In this document: in pieces, positions 1 to 7,653 of the stretch
Layout of the letters: every line of letters starts with the position of its first letter
Numbering within the stretch: the first letter of the stretch is position 1
Assembly (NCBI GenBank): GCA_041694835.1
Contig: JBGFRZ010000082.1
Span: 1 to 64,000, forward strand
DNA length: 64,000 bases
Direction: 5' to 3'
Source: Ignavibacteria bacterium
GTDB taxonomy: Bacteria > Elusimicrobiota > Endomicrobiia > PHAN01
Program-made: the position numbers and the translations under genes
The notes under the pieces: model-generated
Seen by the model: the letters and a program-made list of their open reading frames with translations, nothing else
The model's database searches: none
What the model was told of the DNA's origin: nothing

Positions 1-980
1 TTGGACTCCCTTATATCGTGTTCGTCCCATATCTCGCCGACAATCTCCTCAACTATGTCTTCTATGGTCACAAGTCCGGTAAGTTGACCGTGTTCATTGA
101 CTATAAGAGCCATGTGGAAATTGCCTGTTTTGAATTTTCTGAGAAGTTTTTCTATCTCGATGTTCTCCGGGAAAAAATAAGGTGGTCTTAGAAGGTCGTC
201 TATGACGATTAAATCTTTGTTTCTGAATGAAAAAGCGATGTCTTTTGCATAGATTATCCCGACTATGTTGTCGATGGAGCCGCGATATGCAGGCAGGCGC
301 GAATATCCTGATTTTATTATTTTGTCGAAAATTTCGCCTCTCGACAGATTCAAATCGATAGCAACAATATCCCTTAGCGGCACCATGATGTCTTCTATGG
401 TTTTTTGTTTAAAGTTTATTATGTTTGTCAGGATGTTTTTTGTGTCTCTTGTTACAGGAAGGCTGGGGGCATCGAGAAAATGCTTTATCTCAGCAATCCC
501 CCTGAAAGATGTCTCCGGGTGTTTTCCTTTGCCTATGAGAAACTCCGATATATTTACAAGAAATCTGTTTATGAAATCAAAATGGCTTGAAAGCCAAACG
601 ATAAACCCGATACTTTTCGCTCCTACAGAAACAGCGTTGTATCTTGAATACACCTTCGGAATTATCTCGCTGAAAATAAGAACGAGAACCGGTGTGGCAA
701 TCGGTATAGCGAGAGCGATGTTTCTGTTATGCTCTGCTATGTCGTTTGCGATACTTACCGATATAACGGCAATACCAACCGTAACTAAATTTGTCGCGAC
801 AAGCAGGGTGCTTAAGACCTTTTCGGGTTCCTGTATCCAGAAATTGAAAGCATCATTTTTACTCTCATGCATTTGCGATTTAGTTAAACTCGTTATAGCC
901 GTTTCGCTACCGGCAAAAAAAGCGCGGACGGCAAAAGAAAGAATATAGAGCCCAAATTTAATAAATATTATGATTTCCAT
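1..980 (-). CDS. CNNM (DUF21) + CBS-pair hemolysin/CorC-family protein, 3' partial (runs off window start)
   Basis: Not in ORF track because no stop lies in the window. Manual translation from ATG at 980 gives MEIIIF...FFAGSETAITSL; near base 1 it reads FHMALIVNEHGQLTGLVTIEDIVEEIVGEIWDEHD in the same frame. Confidence 0.9.
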   Translation of the reverse strand, partial: MEIIIFIKFGLYILSFAVRAFFAGSETAITSLTKSQMHESKNDAFNFWIQEPEKVLSTLLVATNLVTVGIAVISVSIANDIAEHNRNIALAIPIATPVLVLIFSEIIPKVYSRYNAVSVGAKSIGFIVWLSSHFDFINRFLVNISEFLIGKGKHPETSFRGIAEIKHFLDAPSLPVTRDTKNILTNIINFKQKTIEDIMVPLRDIVAIDLNLSRGEIFDKIIKSGYSRLPAYRGSIDNIVGIIYAKDIAFSFRNKDLIVIDDLLRPPYFFPENIEIEKLLRKFKTGNFHMALIVNEHGQLTGLVTIEDIVEEIVGEIWDEHDIRES

Positions 981-989
981 AGTTTCGTT

Positions 990-1988
990 TTATTTTGTTT
1001 TTTTATCATATTCGTCGAGTATCTCGCCCACCAGTTCCTCCAAAACATCCTCAAGCGTTACAATGCCGAGGATATTGCCATGTTCATCTGAAACGAACGC
1101 TGCGTGAAAATTACCCGCCTGAAATTCTTTGAGGAGATGCCCTACCGACTTATCATGCGGAATTATATAAGCCGTTCTCACCATGCTGTCATCTATCGAT
1201 TCCTCGCCGGATGCAAGTTTTTTAAGTATGTCTTTTATATGGATATATCCGACAATTCTGTATGGCTCCTTCTTGATTATAGGGACGCGACTTCTGCTCG
1301 TTTCGATGAATCTGTCTATAAGATTTTCATCGCTTCTGTCCATAGAGACGCCCTCTATTTTTTCAACGGGTGTCATTATTTTGCTCACATCAGTTTCACC
1401 AAGCCCAAGCAACTTTTCCATCATCGCCGATGTGTCCGCAGGTAAATTGGCTTCCGCGAAAAGATGTCTCAACTCTTCTATACTGAACTCTTCCATGCGG
1501 CTGAAAGGAACTATTCTCTTTGCTGGGAAGAACTTTTCGAATATAAACTCTACAGCAGAAAAAATTGGTCCAAATATCCGCAATAGAAACTCGTATACGG
1601 GAAGCACTGCCAGAGAAAACCTTTCGGCGTTTCTGCGAGCATAAACCTTAGGGGTTATTTCACCTAAAATAAGTATCAAAAAAGTTGCAAGAAGCCATGT
1701 GGAAAATTCTACAATCTCATTTGGAAGAAATACTATTGTCTCTAAAGCAATAACGGTGATAAAAGAGCTCAGGAACATATCTGTGAATGTGTTTCCCACA
1801 AGAATTAACGTAAGTATGTAGTGAGGCTTTTCAAGCCAGTATCTAAGCGATACCGTCCATTTCGGATGAATTGCTATAATTTTTTTTATCCTTGACGATG
1901 AAAGGGATGTCAGAGCGGTCTCTGTCCCCGACCAAAAGGAAGATAAACAGAAAAGCAAAAAGATGAGAATTATAACTAGTAGCAGCAT
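990..1988 (-). CDS. CNNM (DUF21) + CBS-pair hemolysin-family protein, without C-terminal CorC/HlyC domain
   Basis: SGTETALTSL, LGEITPK, SRSRVP and GIVTLEDVLEELVGEILDEYD motifs. Confidence 0.9.
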   Translation of the reverse strand: MLLLVIILIFLLFCLSSFWSGTETALTSLSSSRIKKIIAIHPKWTVSLRYWLEKPHYILTLILVGNTFTDMFLSSFITVIALETIVFLPNEIVEFSTWLLATFLILILGEITPKVYARRNAERFSLAVLPVYEFLLRIFGPIFSAVEFIFEKFFPAKRIVPFSRMEEFSIEELRHLFAEANLPADTSAMMEKLLGLGETDVSKIMTPVEKIEGVSMDRSDENLIDRFIETSRSRVPIIKKEPYRIVGYIHIKDILKKLASGEESIDDSMVRTAYIIPHDKSVGHLLKEFQAGNFHAAFVSDEHGNILGIVTLEDVLEELVGEILDEYDKKTK

Positions 1989-2027
1989 ATTTTCAGTTTG
2001 TTCTTTTGATGCTATGGTTTGAGAGTT

Positions 2028-2099
2028 TGTAGTTGCCCCCGACTGCGTCAGGCAGGCATTTATGGGCGGTTTTAATACGCCGATAAATCGGCGACTACA
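2028..2099. repeat. GTAG-type REP-like inverted pair
   Basis: TGTAGTTGCC...GGCGACTACA inverted ends with internal hairpin GCCGATAAATCGGC; the same half-site ATAAATCGGCAACTACA recurs near 52165-52181. Confidence 0.6.
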
Positions 2100-2123
2100 A
2101 TGCTCTTTAACTGTTTTTTGTAG

Positions 2124-2675
2124 TCAACAGTTTCGCTTGTTTAAGTGTTCGACTATTTTATCTTGAACCCCCCACATTTTTTTTCTTTCTTTTGCCGTAT
2201 AATCCCTATACCCCGCTACATGTAGAAAGCCGTGTATCATAAGTATCTCCAATTCTTTTTTAAGAGACTTTTTTTTACACTCCGAATGAACGCGGGACTG
2301 TCTTTCAGCCTGAGGAACTGATATAAAAATGTCCCCCGAAACACTCGGCGGTTTCAAGTAAACCCCGCGCCACGCCTTTAGAGACGTGGCTTGGGGGAAT
2401 AACCCTGCGGGAAAACCGTTTCCCTTCATCCCCGTCTTTACAAACGGGGCTTTCTGTGGTGCGGGGTAAAAAAAAGAGAGCACGTCTGTAACTTCGTCTT
2501 TATTCAGATACTTGCGATTCAATTTTCTTATTTCCGTGTCGCCAACAAGTATTATATTAACATACCCTGAAATGCCGGGAAAAAAATTTTTCCAAACTTT
2601 GATAACTTTTTTTTTAAAAATGGATGGTCTGATTTTCCGTCTTGTTTTGTTGAATAAATTCACCTCTCTATTCAT
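2124..2675 (-). CDS. ybeY: rRNA maturation endoribonuclease YbeY carrying a 36-aa in-frame insertion
   Basis: LNRKYLNKDEVTDVLSF, GDIFIS and IHGFLHVAGY motifs; the third Zn-ligand His position reads GYRDY; sits in the phoH-HDIG-ybeY-CNNM neighbourhood. Confidence 0.9.
   Translation of the reverse strand: MNREVNLFNKTRRKIRPSIFKKKVIKVWKNFFPGISGYVNIILVGDTEIRKLNRKYLNKDEVTDVLSFFYPAPQKAPFVKTGMKGNGFPAGLFPQATSLKAWRGVYLKPPSVSGDIFISVPQAERQSRVHSECKKKSLKKELEILMIHGFLHVAGYRDYTAKERKKMWGVQDKIVEHLNKRNC
2362..2467. mobile_element. MITE (ACCCCG-ended, family C type) inserted in frame in ybeY
   Basis: TIR ACCCCGCGCCAC / GTGGTGCGGGGT (11/12), flanked by AA on both sides; 106+2=108 nt=36 codons; two internal hairpins. 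Confidence 0.8.
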
Positions 2676-4186
2676 GTCTTTTGTTCCTCGCCAGATGGAG
2701 ACGCTGTCTCCGAAAGAGTTTCTGGCTTTTCTGTGCGCTGATATCTTACATGCAAAATGCCGCTGAGGGTTCTCGTCATAACCTCTGAGATAATCTCAAT
2801 ATCCCTGAGAGTGAGAGGGGAATCGTTCAACTGCCCGTCAACGAATTTGTTGTTTATAATCTTCCTTACCATGTTCGATATCGCTGAAGGTTTCAACGCC
2901 TCTATACTTCTTGACGCCGCTTCGACGGAGTCGGCTAGCATCAAAACCGCGCTCTCCATACTTCTCGGCTTAACGCCGCTGTAGCGAAAATCGCTTTCGT
3001 CTATGCTTATATCCTTTTTGATAGCCTTTTGATAAAACTGAATTATGAGAGACGTTCCGTGATGCTCCTCAATAAACTCTATTATCTTTCTGTTCATCCT
3101 GTTTTTTCTCGCAAGCTCCACTCCCTCTTTGACATGTGCCATCAAAACCATACCCGACATGCTCGGCTCGACGATATCGTGAGGGTTTGAAATAAACAAC
3201 TGATTTTCGATGAAATACTCCGGTTTAAAGAGCTTCCCTATGTCATGATAATAAGCGCCAACTCGCGCCAGACGACCACTTGCACCTATAGCGTTACATG
3301 CAGCTTCGGCGAGCGCCGCCGTGACCATGGAGTGATGGTATGTTCCCGGCGCTTCAACCATCATCTTTTTAAGAATAGGTCTGTTGGTGTCGGAGATTTC
3401 AACGAGACTGATGGGACTTAATCGCCCAAAGACGCTTTCAATAAGCGGGAGGAAAAGAAGGTTCACTATAGATACAAGAACTCCGGAAAACATAGCAATA
3501 ATGATGCCGACATTCGAAAACTCGAGTATGTAAAGTTCTCTTGCGAGCGCAACAATAATAACGTTTATCACGGAAAGCTTGAGCCCCGCATGGATTACGT
3601 CCCGTCTGGAGTTTATCTTCGCCGAAAACAAGACGGCCGCGAACGAGGAGAGCATATAGATTGCAAAATAATGCCAGTTTTTCGTCGTAAGAAAAACAAA
3701 ACTCAAAAGTATGGAAAAAATAGCGAAAATTGAAGTTGTTACTTTAGAAAAAACGAGCGCAGCAATCAAAACCGTGGAAGTTGCCGGAAAGATGGACTCA
3801 AATCCGTAAATCCCGCAGATAAAGATGCCGTAAATGTTCAGGAGTGTGAGAAACATCAAAAGAACAGTTGATGATAAATCGGACCAGACTTCATACGACG
3901 CGTGATAGAGCGCAAATAGGTAAAATCCAAAAATCCCCAGGGTTATAATGGCGTGGGAGATGAAAGTCGTGAAATCTCCGAATAAAAGAAAACTCTGGAC
4001 AAGAATAAGGACGGCGACCGCATAAAAAACATAAAGGACCGGAATGTCGATTCCTCTATTCCAAAATCTCTTTCCCCCTTTTCTCGATTTTTTCCACTTT
4101 ATTGACTCAAGTTTCCCGATAAGCCGTTCTGCCATCTCTACGGCCGCTTTAAGCAGTCCCAATATTATCATTACCAATTTTTTCAT
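2672..4186 (-). CDS. 7TM-HD (HDIG) membrane phosphohydrolase, PgpH/YqfF-like
   Basis: Multiple TM helices, then EAPGTYHHS, YYHDIGK, EHHGT and LADSVEAA; start moved to ATG 4186 (track GTG 4198). Confidence 0.88.
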   Translation of the reverse strand: MKKLVMIILGLLKAAVEMAERLIGKLESIKWKKSRKGGKRFWNRGIDIPVLYVFYAVAVLILVQSFLLFGDFTTFISHAIITLGIFGFYLFALYHASYEVWSDLSSTVLLMFLTLLNIYGIFICGIYGFESIFPATSTVLIAALVFSKVTTSIFAIFSILLSFVFLTTKNWHYFAIYMLSSFAAVLFSAKINSRRDVIHAGLKLSVINVIIVALARELYILEFSNVGIIIAMFSGVLVSIVNLLFLPLIESVFGRLSPISLVEISDTNRPILKKMMVEAPGTYHHSMVTAALAEAACNAIGASGRLARVGAYYHDIGKLFKPEYFIENQLFISNPHDIVEPSMSGMVLMAHVKEGVELARKNRMNRKIIEFIEEHHGTSLIIQFYQKAIKKDISIDESDFRYSGVKPRSMESAVLMLADSVEAASRSIEALKPSAISNMVRKIINNKFVDGQLNDSPLTLRDIEIISEVMTRTLSGILHVRYQRTEKPETLSETASPSGEEQKT

Positions 4187-4199
4187 AGTTGAACGCACC

Positions 4200-4362
4200 T
4201 TTAGAGTTTAAGAGTTCAATGTCAGAGCGGCAGCAAGTAATGAATAGTAGCGAGCATCGGGCAGATAGTAGATAGGGAATTGTGGTTTGAAAAAGTTTGC
4301 AGTTGCCCCATCTACCCGCTACCATCTACCATCTACTATCTACTATTCGCTATTTGCTATTT
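4200..4362. repeat. Degenerate 7/8-mer tandem repeats in inverted arrangement
   Basis: CCATCTA/CTATCTA/CTATTTG run at about 4308-4362; complementary TAGTAGATAG-type run at about 4240-4275. Confidence 0.7.
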
Positions 4363-4402
4363 TTTTGCTTCTTACTTTTTAATTTTTAATTCTGTCTTTT
4401 CT

Positions 4403-5338
4403 CTATTTGCTTTTGAATTCCCATGTTTCGCAGGCGCTGATTATTTTTTTTACGACATGATGTCTTACGACATCCTCTTCGGTAAAACTTATGAATTTTA
4501 TCTCATTTATATCTTTTAGAACTTGGGTTGCTATCAAAAGACCCGAGAAGTTTTTCTTTTCGAGGTCTATCTGGGTTATATCACCCGTTACTACCGCCTT
4601 GCTCCCGAAACCGAGTCTCGTTAAAAACATCTTCATCTGTGTGAAAGTGGTATTCTGTGCCTCATCGAGTATTATAAAGGCGTCATCTATAGTCCTTCCT
4701 CGCATATAGGCGAGAGGGATTATTTCAATGACTTCATCTTCCTTGAGCGTTCTGAATTTGTGTGCACCCAAAATGCCCGTAAAAGCATCATAAAGCGGCT
4801 TCAGATAAGGCTCTACCTTCTCATAAAGCGTCCCCGGTAGAAATCCGAGTTTTTCGCCCGCCTCCACGACGGGCCGCGTCAGGACTATTTTTGAAATTTT
4901 TCCCTCATAAAGCGCCTTTATCGACGATGCGACAGCAAGGAAAGTCTTTCCGGTCCCGGCCGGGCCGGTCGATATTACGACGTCGTAGTTTCCGATGGCA
5001 TCTACATAATCCTTCTGATGGGGGGTTCTTGGCGATATGTGCTTGTGGGCGGGGGTCGTTACTATCGTTTCATATTTTCCGTGCGTTTCTATGTGAAGAT
5101 GTCTGTGCGATTTGTTCAGCTGTCCATGCTGACGGAACTCATTTATCATATCGATGGCTTTATCGACCTTTCCCGAGGCACCTCTTACTGAAATTATAAA
5201 ATCTCCTCTCGCGTGGGACTGTCTGGAGAATATCTGAACGTCGAGACGATGCTCTATGTCTTTCAGGTTTTCATCTCTTGCGCCGAAAAGCCGCAGCGCT
5301 TCGTCAAAATTTGTAAGATGAATTTTTTTTGTAACCAT
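4403..5338 (-). CDS. phoH: PhoH family ATPase
   Basis: GPAGTGKT, LTRPVVEAGEKLGFLPG, AYMRGRT, LDEAQN. Confidence 0.95.
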   Translation of the reverse strand: MVTKKIHLTNFDEALRLFGARDENLKDIEHRLDVQIFSRQSHARGDFIISVRGASGKVDKAIDMINEFRQHGQLNKSHRHLHIETHGKYETIVTTPAHKHISPRTPHQKDYVDAIGNYDVVISTGPAGTGKTFLAVASSIKALYEGKISKIVLTRPVVEAGEKLGFLPGTLYEKVEPYLKPLYDAFTGILGAHKFRTLKEDEVIEIIPLAYMRGRTIDDAFIILDEAQNTTFTQMKMFLTRLGFGSKAVVTGDITQIDLEKKNFSGLLIATQVLKDINEIKFISFTEEDVVRHHVVKKIISACETWEFKSK

Positions 5339-5424
5339 AATATCCGCTGTTGCCAGCGTCTTCGGGGAAAAATTTATTAAATCCCTCTTGTTGCCGGCTG
5401 CAAGCCATCAGTCGCTATTTTTAT

Positions 5425-6150
5425 TCAATGCGTATGCAACAACCAGCCGGCCATATATACCAAAACGACACCTAAAAGTAAAATAGCCGGGGTCAAGCGG
5501 TCACGTTTCTTATGCGACTCCGGTATCAAATCCGCTGCGGCGATATATAAAAAACTTCCGGCGGTAAATGCAAGCAAAATCGCAAGTATATTTACCGGTA
5601 AGGATTTAGCGAAAGAGCCGAACGATATCGCCCCGAGAGGCGTTGCGACGGCAACCAATGTAGAGTTGACATAAATTTTTTTCTTATCGCTGCCAGCGTG
5701 AAGCAAAATAGCGCTGATAGAGATACCCTCTGGAAATTCATGTAAAATCACTGCCAGAGCCGTAAACAAACCGATGCCGTGTCCGACCTCAAAACCGACA
5801 GCTATAGCCACACCGTCCAACAGCGAATGAACGAATAACCCGATGAATGATATGGTGCCAAGCTTGTGGATCTCGCATTTCTCGTCGCGGCAAGGATGAA
5901 ACATTATTATATTTTCGATTATATAAAAACTCAGAAAACCGAGCAAAACATAAATCAGCGCGCCCATGCCGGCCGATTCACATGACTCGGGAATCAGATG
6001 AAAAAAAGCGGTGCCAAGCATAACGCCCGCCGCGAAACTTACCAGATAGACGGTGTATTTCTTGAGCATGCTTTCGTTCCAGATGACGAGCGCTGCTCCG
6101 ACGAGAGTCGCCAGCCCGGCCACAAACGAGTAAATTATTATGTTATACAT
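5425..6150 (-). CDS. ZIP family metal transporter
   Basis: HSLLDGVAI, LHEFPEG and FLYIAAADLIPE motifs; hydrophobic. Confidence 0.9.
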   Translation of the reverse strand: MYNIIIYSFVAGLATLVGAALVIWNESMLKKYTVYLVSFAAGVMLGTAFFHLIPESCESAGMGALIYVLLGFLSFYIIENIIMFHPCRDEKCEIHKLGTISFIGLFVHSLLDGVAIAVGFEVGHGIGLFTALAVILHEFPEGISISAILLHAGSDKKKIYVNSTLVAVATPLGAISFGSFAKSLPVNILAILLAFTAGSFLYIAAADLIPESHKKRDRLTPAILLLGVVLVYMAGWLLHTH

Positions 6151-6154
6151 TTTT

Positions 6155-6338
6155 AGGTCTTCTCCATTTTTTGTTGTGCGTATAAAAACAAAGTGTTTGA
6201 GCGGGTTTAATCAAGTGTGAACGCTTGATTGCCCCGCTCCCGATTTATCGGGACGAGAATGAGCGAAAATACTTTGTTTTTACACATCATAGCGGTATTG
6301 CAAAATCCTTACCCAATGTTACAACAACATTTGGAGAA
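6155..6338. mobile_element. MITE family B, copy 1 (right end degenerate)
   Basis: Near-identical to 15224-15600 and 49555-49722; left end GGTCTTCTCCA, right end TTGGAGAA. Confidence 0.85.
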
Positions 6339-6372
6339 TTTATCTCATAAAGGATGCGGTGTGGATGTGGGG

Positions 6373-7263
6373 CTAATCAACCAGACGTGGTTCGTAACAC
6401 ACTCTGTCGCTACATTTTTCGCACTCAACCTCCAGGGTGGTGTGGCTAATTTTGAATTTTTTATCCAGAAGTCCCCTGACGGCATCAAGGATTTTTTGGC
6501 TTTCGCTCGCTTTTATGTCATCTATCAGTATGTGACCACTCAAATTCCTCGATTCGCTTGAAATGCTCCATATATGGACGTCGTGGAAATCGAACACCCC
6601 TGGCATTTTTTTAACCTCTTCTACAACCTTCTCAACGCTTAAATCGGCTGGCGCTGATTCAAGAAGAATGTTCAACGATTCAAATATCAGACCCGCTGCA
6701 CTCTTTACGATAATGCCCGCTATCAGAATTCCGAGGAGCGAATCTATCACTGTGATACCAGTAAAAAATATCAAAACGGCTCCAACTATCACGCCTACCG
6801 ACGACAGAGCGTCTCCAAGAATATGATAATAAGCCCCGCGAAGATTTATATTGCGTCCGCGCTCTTTTTTAAGTATAAACAATCCGAACGCATTACCCAG
6901 GAATCCTATGAAAGCGACCGCAAGCATTATCCGACTCTTTATTTCAACCGGCGTAAAGAACCTTGATATCGTTTCGTAAAAGATAAAAATGGAAAGACCC
7001 AGAAGCAATACTCCGTTCATAAAAGCGGCCAAAACCTCCATACGTTTCCATCCGAACGTCTTTCTGCGGGTGTGCGGCATCCTGGATATATGGACTGCGA
7101 TATAACTAACGACCAAGGCCGTGCTGTCCGTTAGCATATGTCCGGCGTCGCTCATCAAAGCGAGTGATCCGGAGATGAAAGAACCTATCACTTCAAGGAT
7201 CATAAGCAAGGTGTTCAAAGCGATTATTATCAAAAGTTTGTTTTCGGATTTCATCGTCAACAT
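6373..7263 (-). CDS. Cation diffusion facilitator (CzcD/ZitB-like) transporter
   Basis: SLALMSDAGHMLTD, HILGDALSS, HDVHIWSI. Confidence 0.92.
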   Translation of the reverse strand: MLTMKSENKLLIIIALNTLLMILEVIGSFISGSLALMSDAGHMLTDSTALVVSYIAVHISRMPHTRRKTFGWKRMEVLAAFMNGVLLLGLSIFIFYETISRFFTPVEIKSRIMLAVAFIGFLGNAFGLFILKKERGRNINLRGAYYHILGDALSSVGVIVGAVLIFFTGITVIDSLLGILIAGIIVKSAAGLIFESLNILLESAPADLSVEKVVEEVKKMPGVFDFHDVHIWSISSESRNLSGHILIDDIKASESQKILDAVRGLLDKKFKISHTTLEVECEKCSDRVCYEPRLVD

Positions 7264-7274
7264 ATTGATATTTT

Positions 7275-7450
7275 GAGACCGCTGAAAAACCTTAATTTTT
7301 TGAACGATTTGGCAGTTTTAGGTTAAAAGTTGAAATCGTTTAGACCGCAATGTCTGACGAGCAAAGCGAGGAGTTTTGCGGTCTGATTGAAACTTTTAAC
7401 CGTTAAGAAACTGCTCTTTAAGTGAAAAAGATGGGTTTTTCAACACTCTC
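7275..7450. mobile_element. MITE family A, copy 1 (176 bp)
   Basis: TIR GAGACCGCTGAAAAACC / GGTTTTTCAACACTCTC; 5-bp duplication ATTTT (7270-74, 7451-55); three further copies in window. Confidence 0.9.
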
Positions 7451-7463
7451 ATTTTACAACTTT

Positions 7464-7491
7464 TTGAAAGTAATTTACAAATTGATATAAT
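7464..7491 (+). promoter_or_regulatory. Putative sigma70 promoter for PBP1A gene
   Basis: TTGAAA-16 bp-TATAAT with extended TG (TGATATAAT 7483-7491). Confidence 0.55.
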
Positions 7492-7606
7492 GAGAATGCT
7501 GAAAAACCACGCCGAGGAGTAGAAATAGGACGCAGATTTTCGCAGATTTGGTAGATATTAAAAACATCTGCGCCAATCTTGTCAAAATCGGCATTGAGCT
7601 GCGTCC
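7492..7606. mobile_element. MITE family D, partial copy (A-type TIR at left end only)
   Basis: GAGAATGCTGAAAAACCACGCCGAGGAGTAGAAATAGGACGCAGAT... matches the reverse complement of parts of 15616-15909. Confidence 0.7.
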
Positions 7607-7653
7607 AAAGATAAAAAAGATGGTGTATACCGCAAAACTCATCTTCATTCGCT

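Noticed and set aside
265-948. 227-aa plus-strand ORF and the many other antisense ORFs in the track
   Set aside because: They are shadows of well-supported genes on the opposite strand; here the CNNM gene at 1-980.
6155-6338. Family B as a riboswitch or metal-responsive leader of the ZIP gene
   Set aside because: Near-identical copies precede functionally unrelated genes, and one has TIRs with an exact 8-bp duplication, so it is a mobile element.
6229-6561. Track ORFs 6229..6561, 14969..15289, 15735..15953, 20603..20797, 49695..50021, 52051..52443 and 4280..4519
   Set aside because: They read through MITEs or tandem repeats and/or are antisense to real genes; no protein motifs.
7345-7400. 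CTGACGAG ... GAAAC in MITE family A resembles a hammerhead ribozyme core
   Set aside because: Stem II does not close next to GAAA, and the core is not conserved (CCGACGAG in copy 3, CTGACGGG in copy 4).
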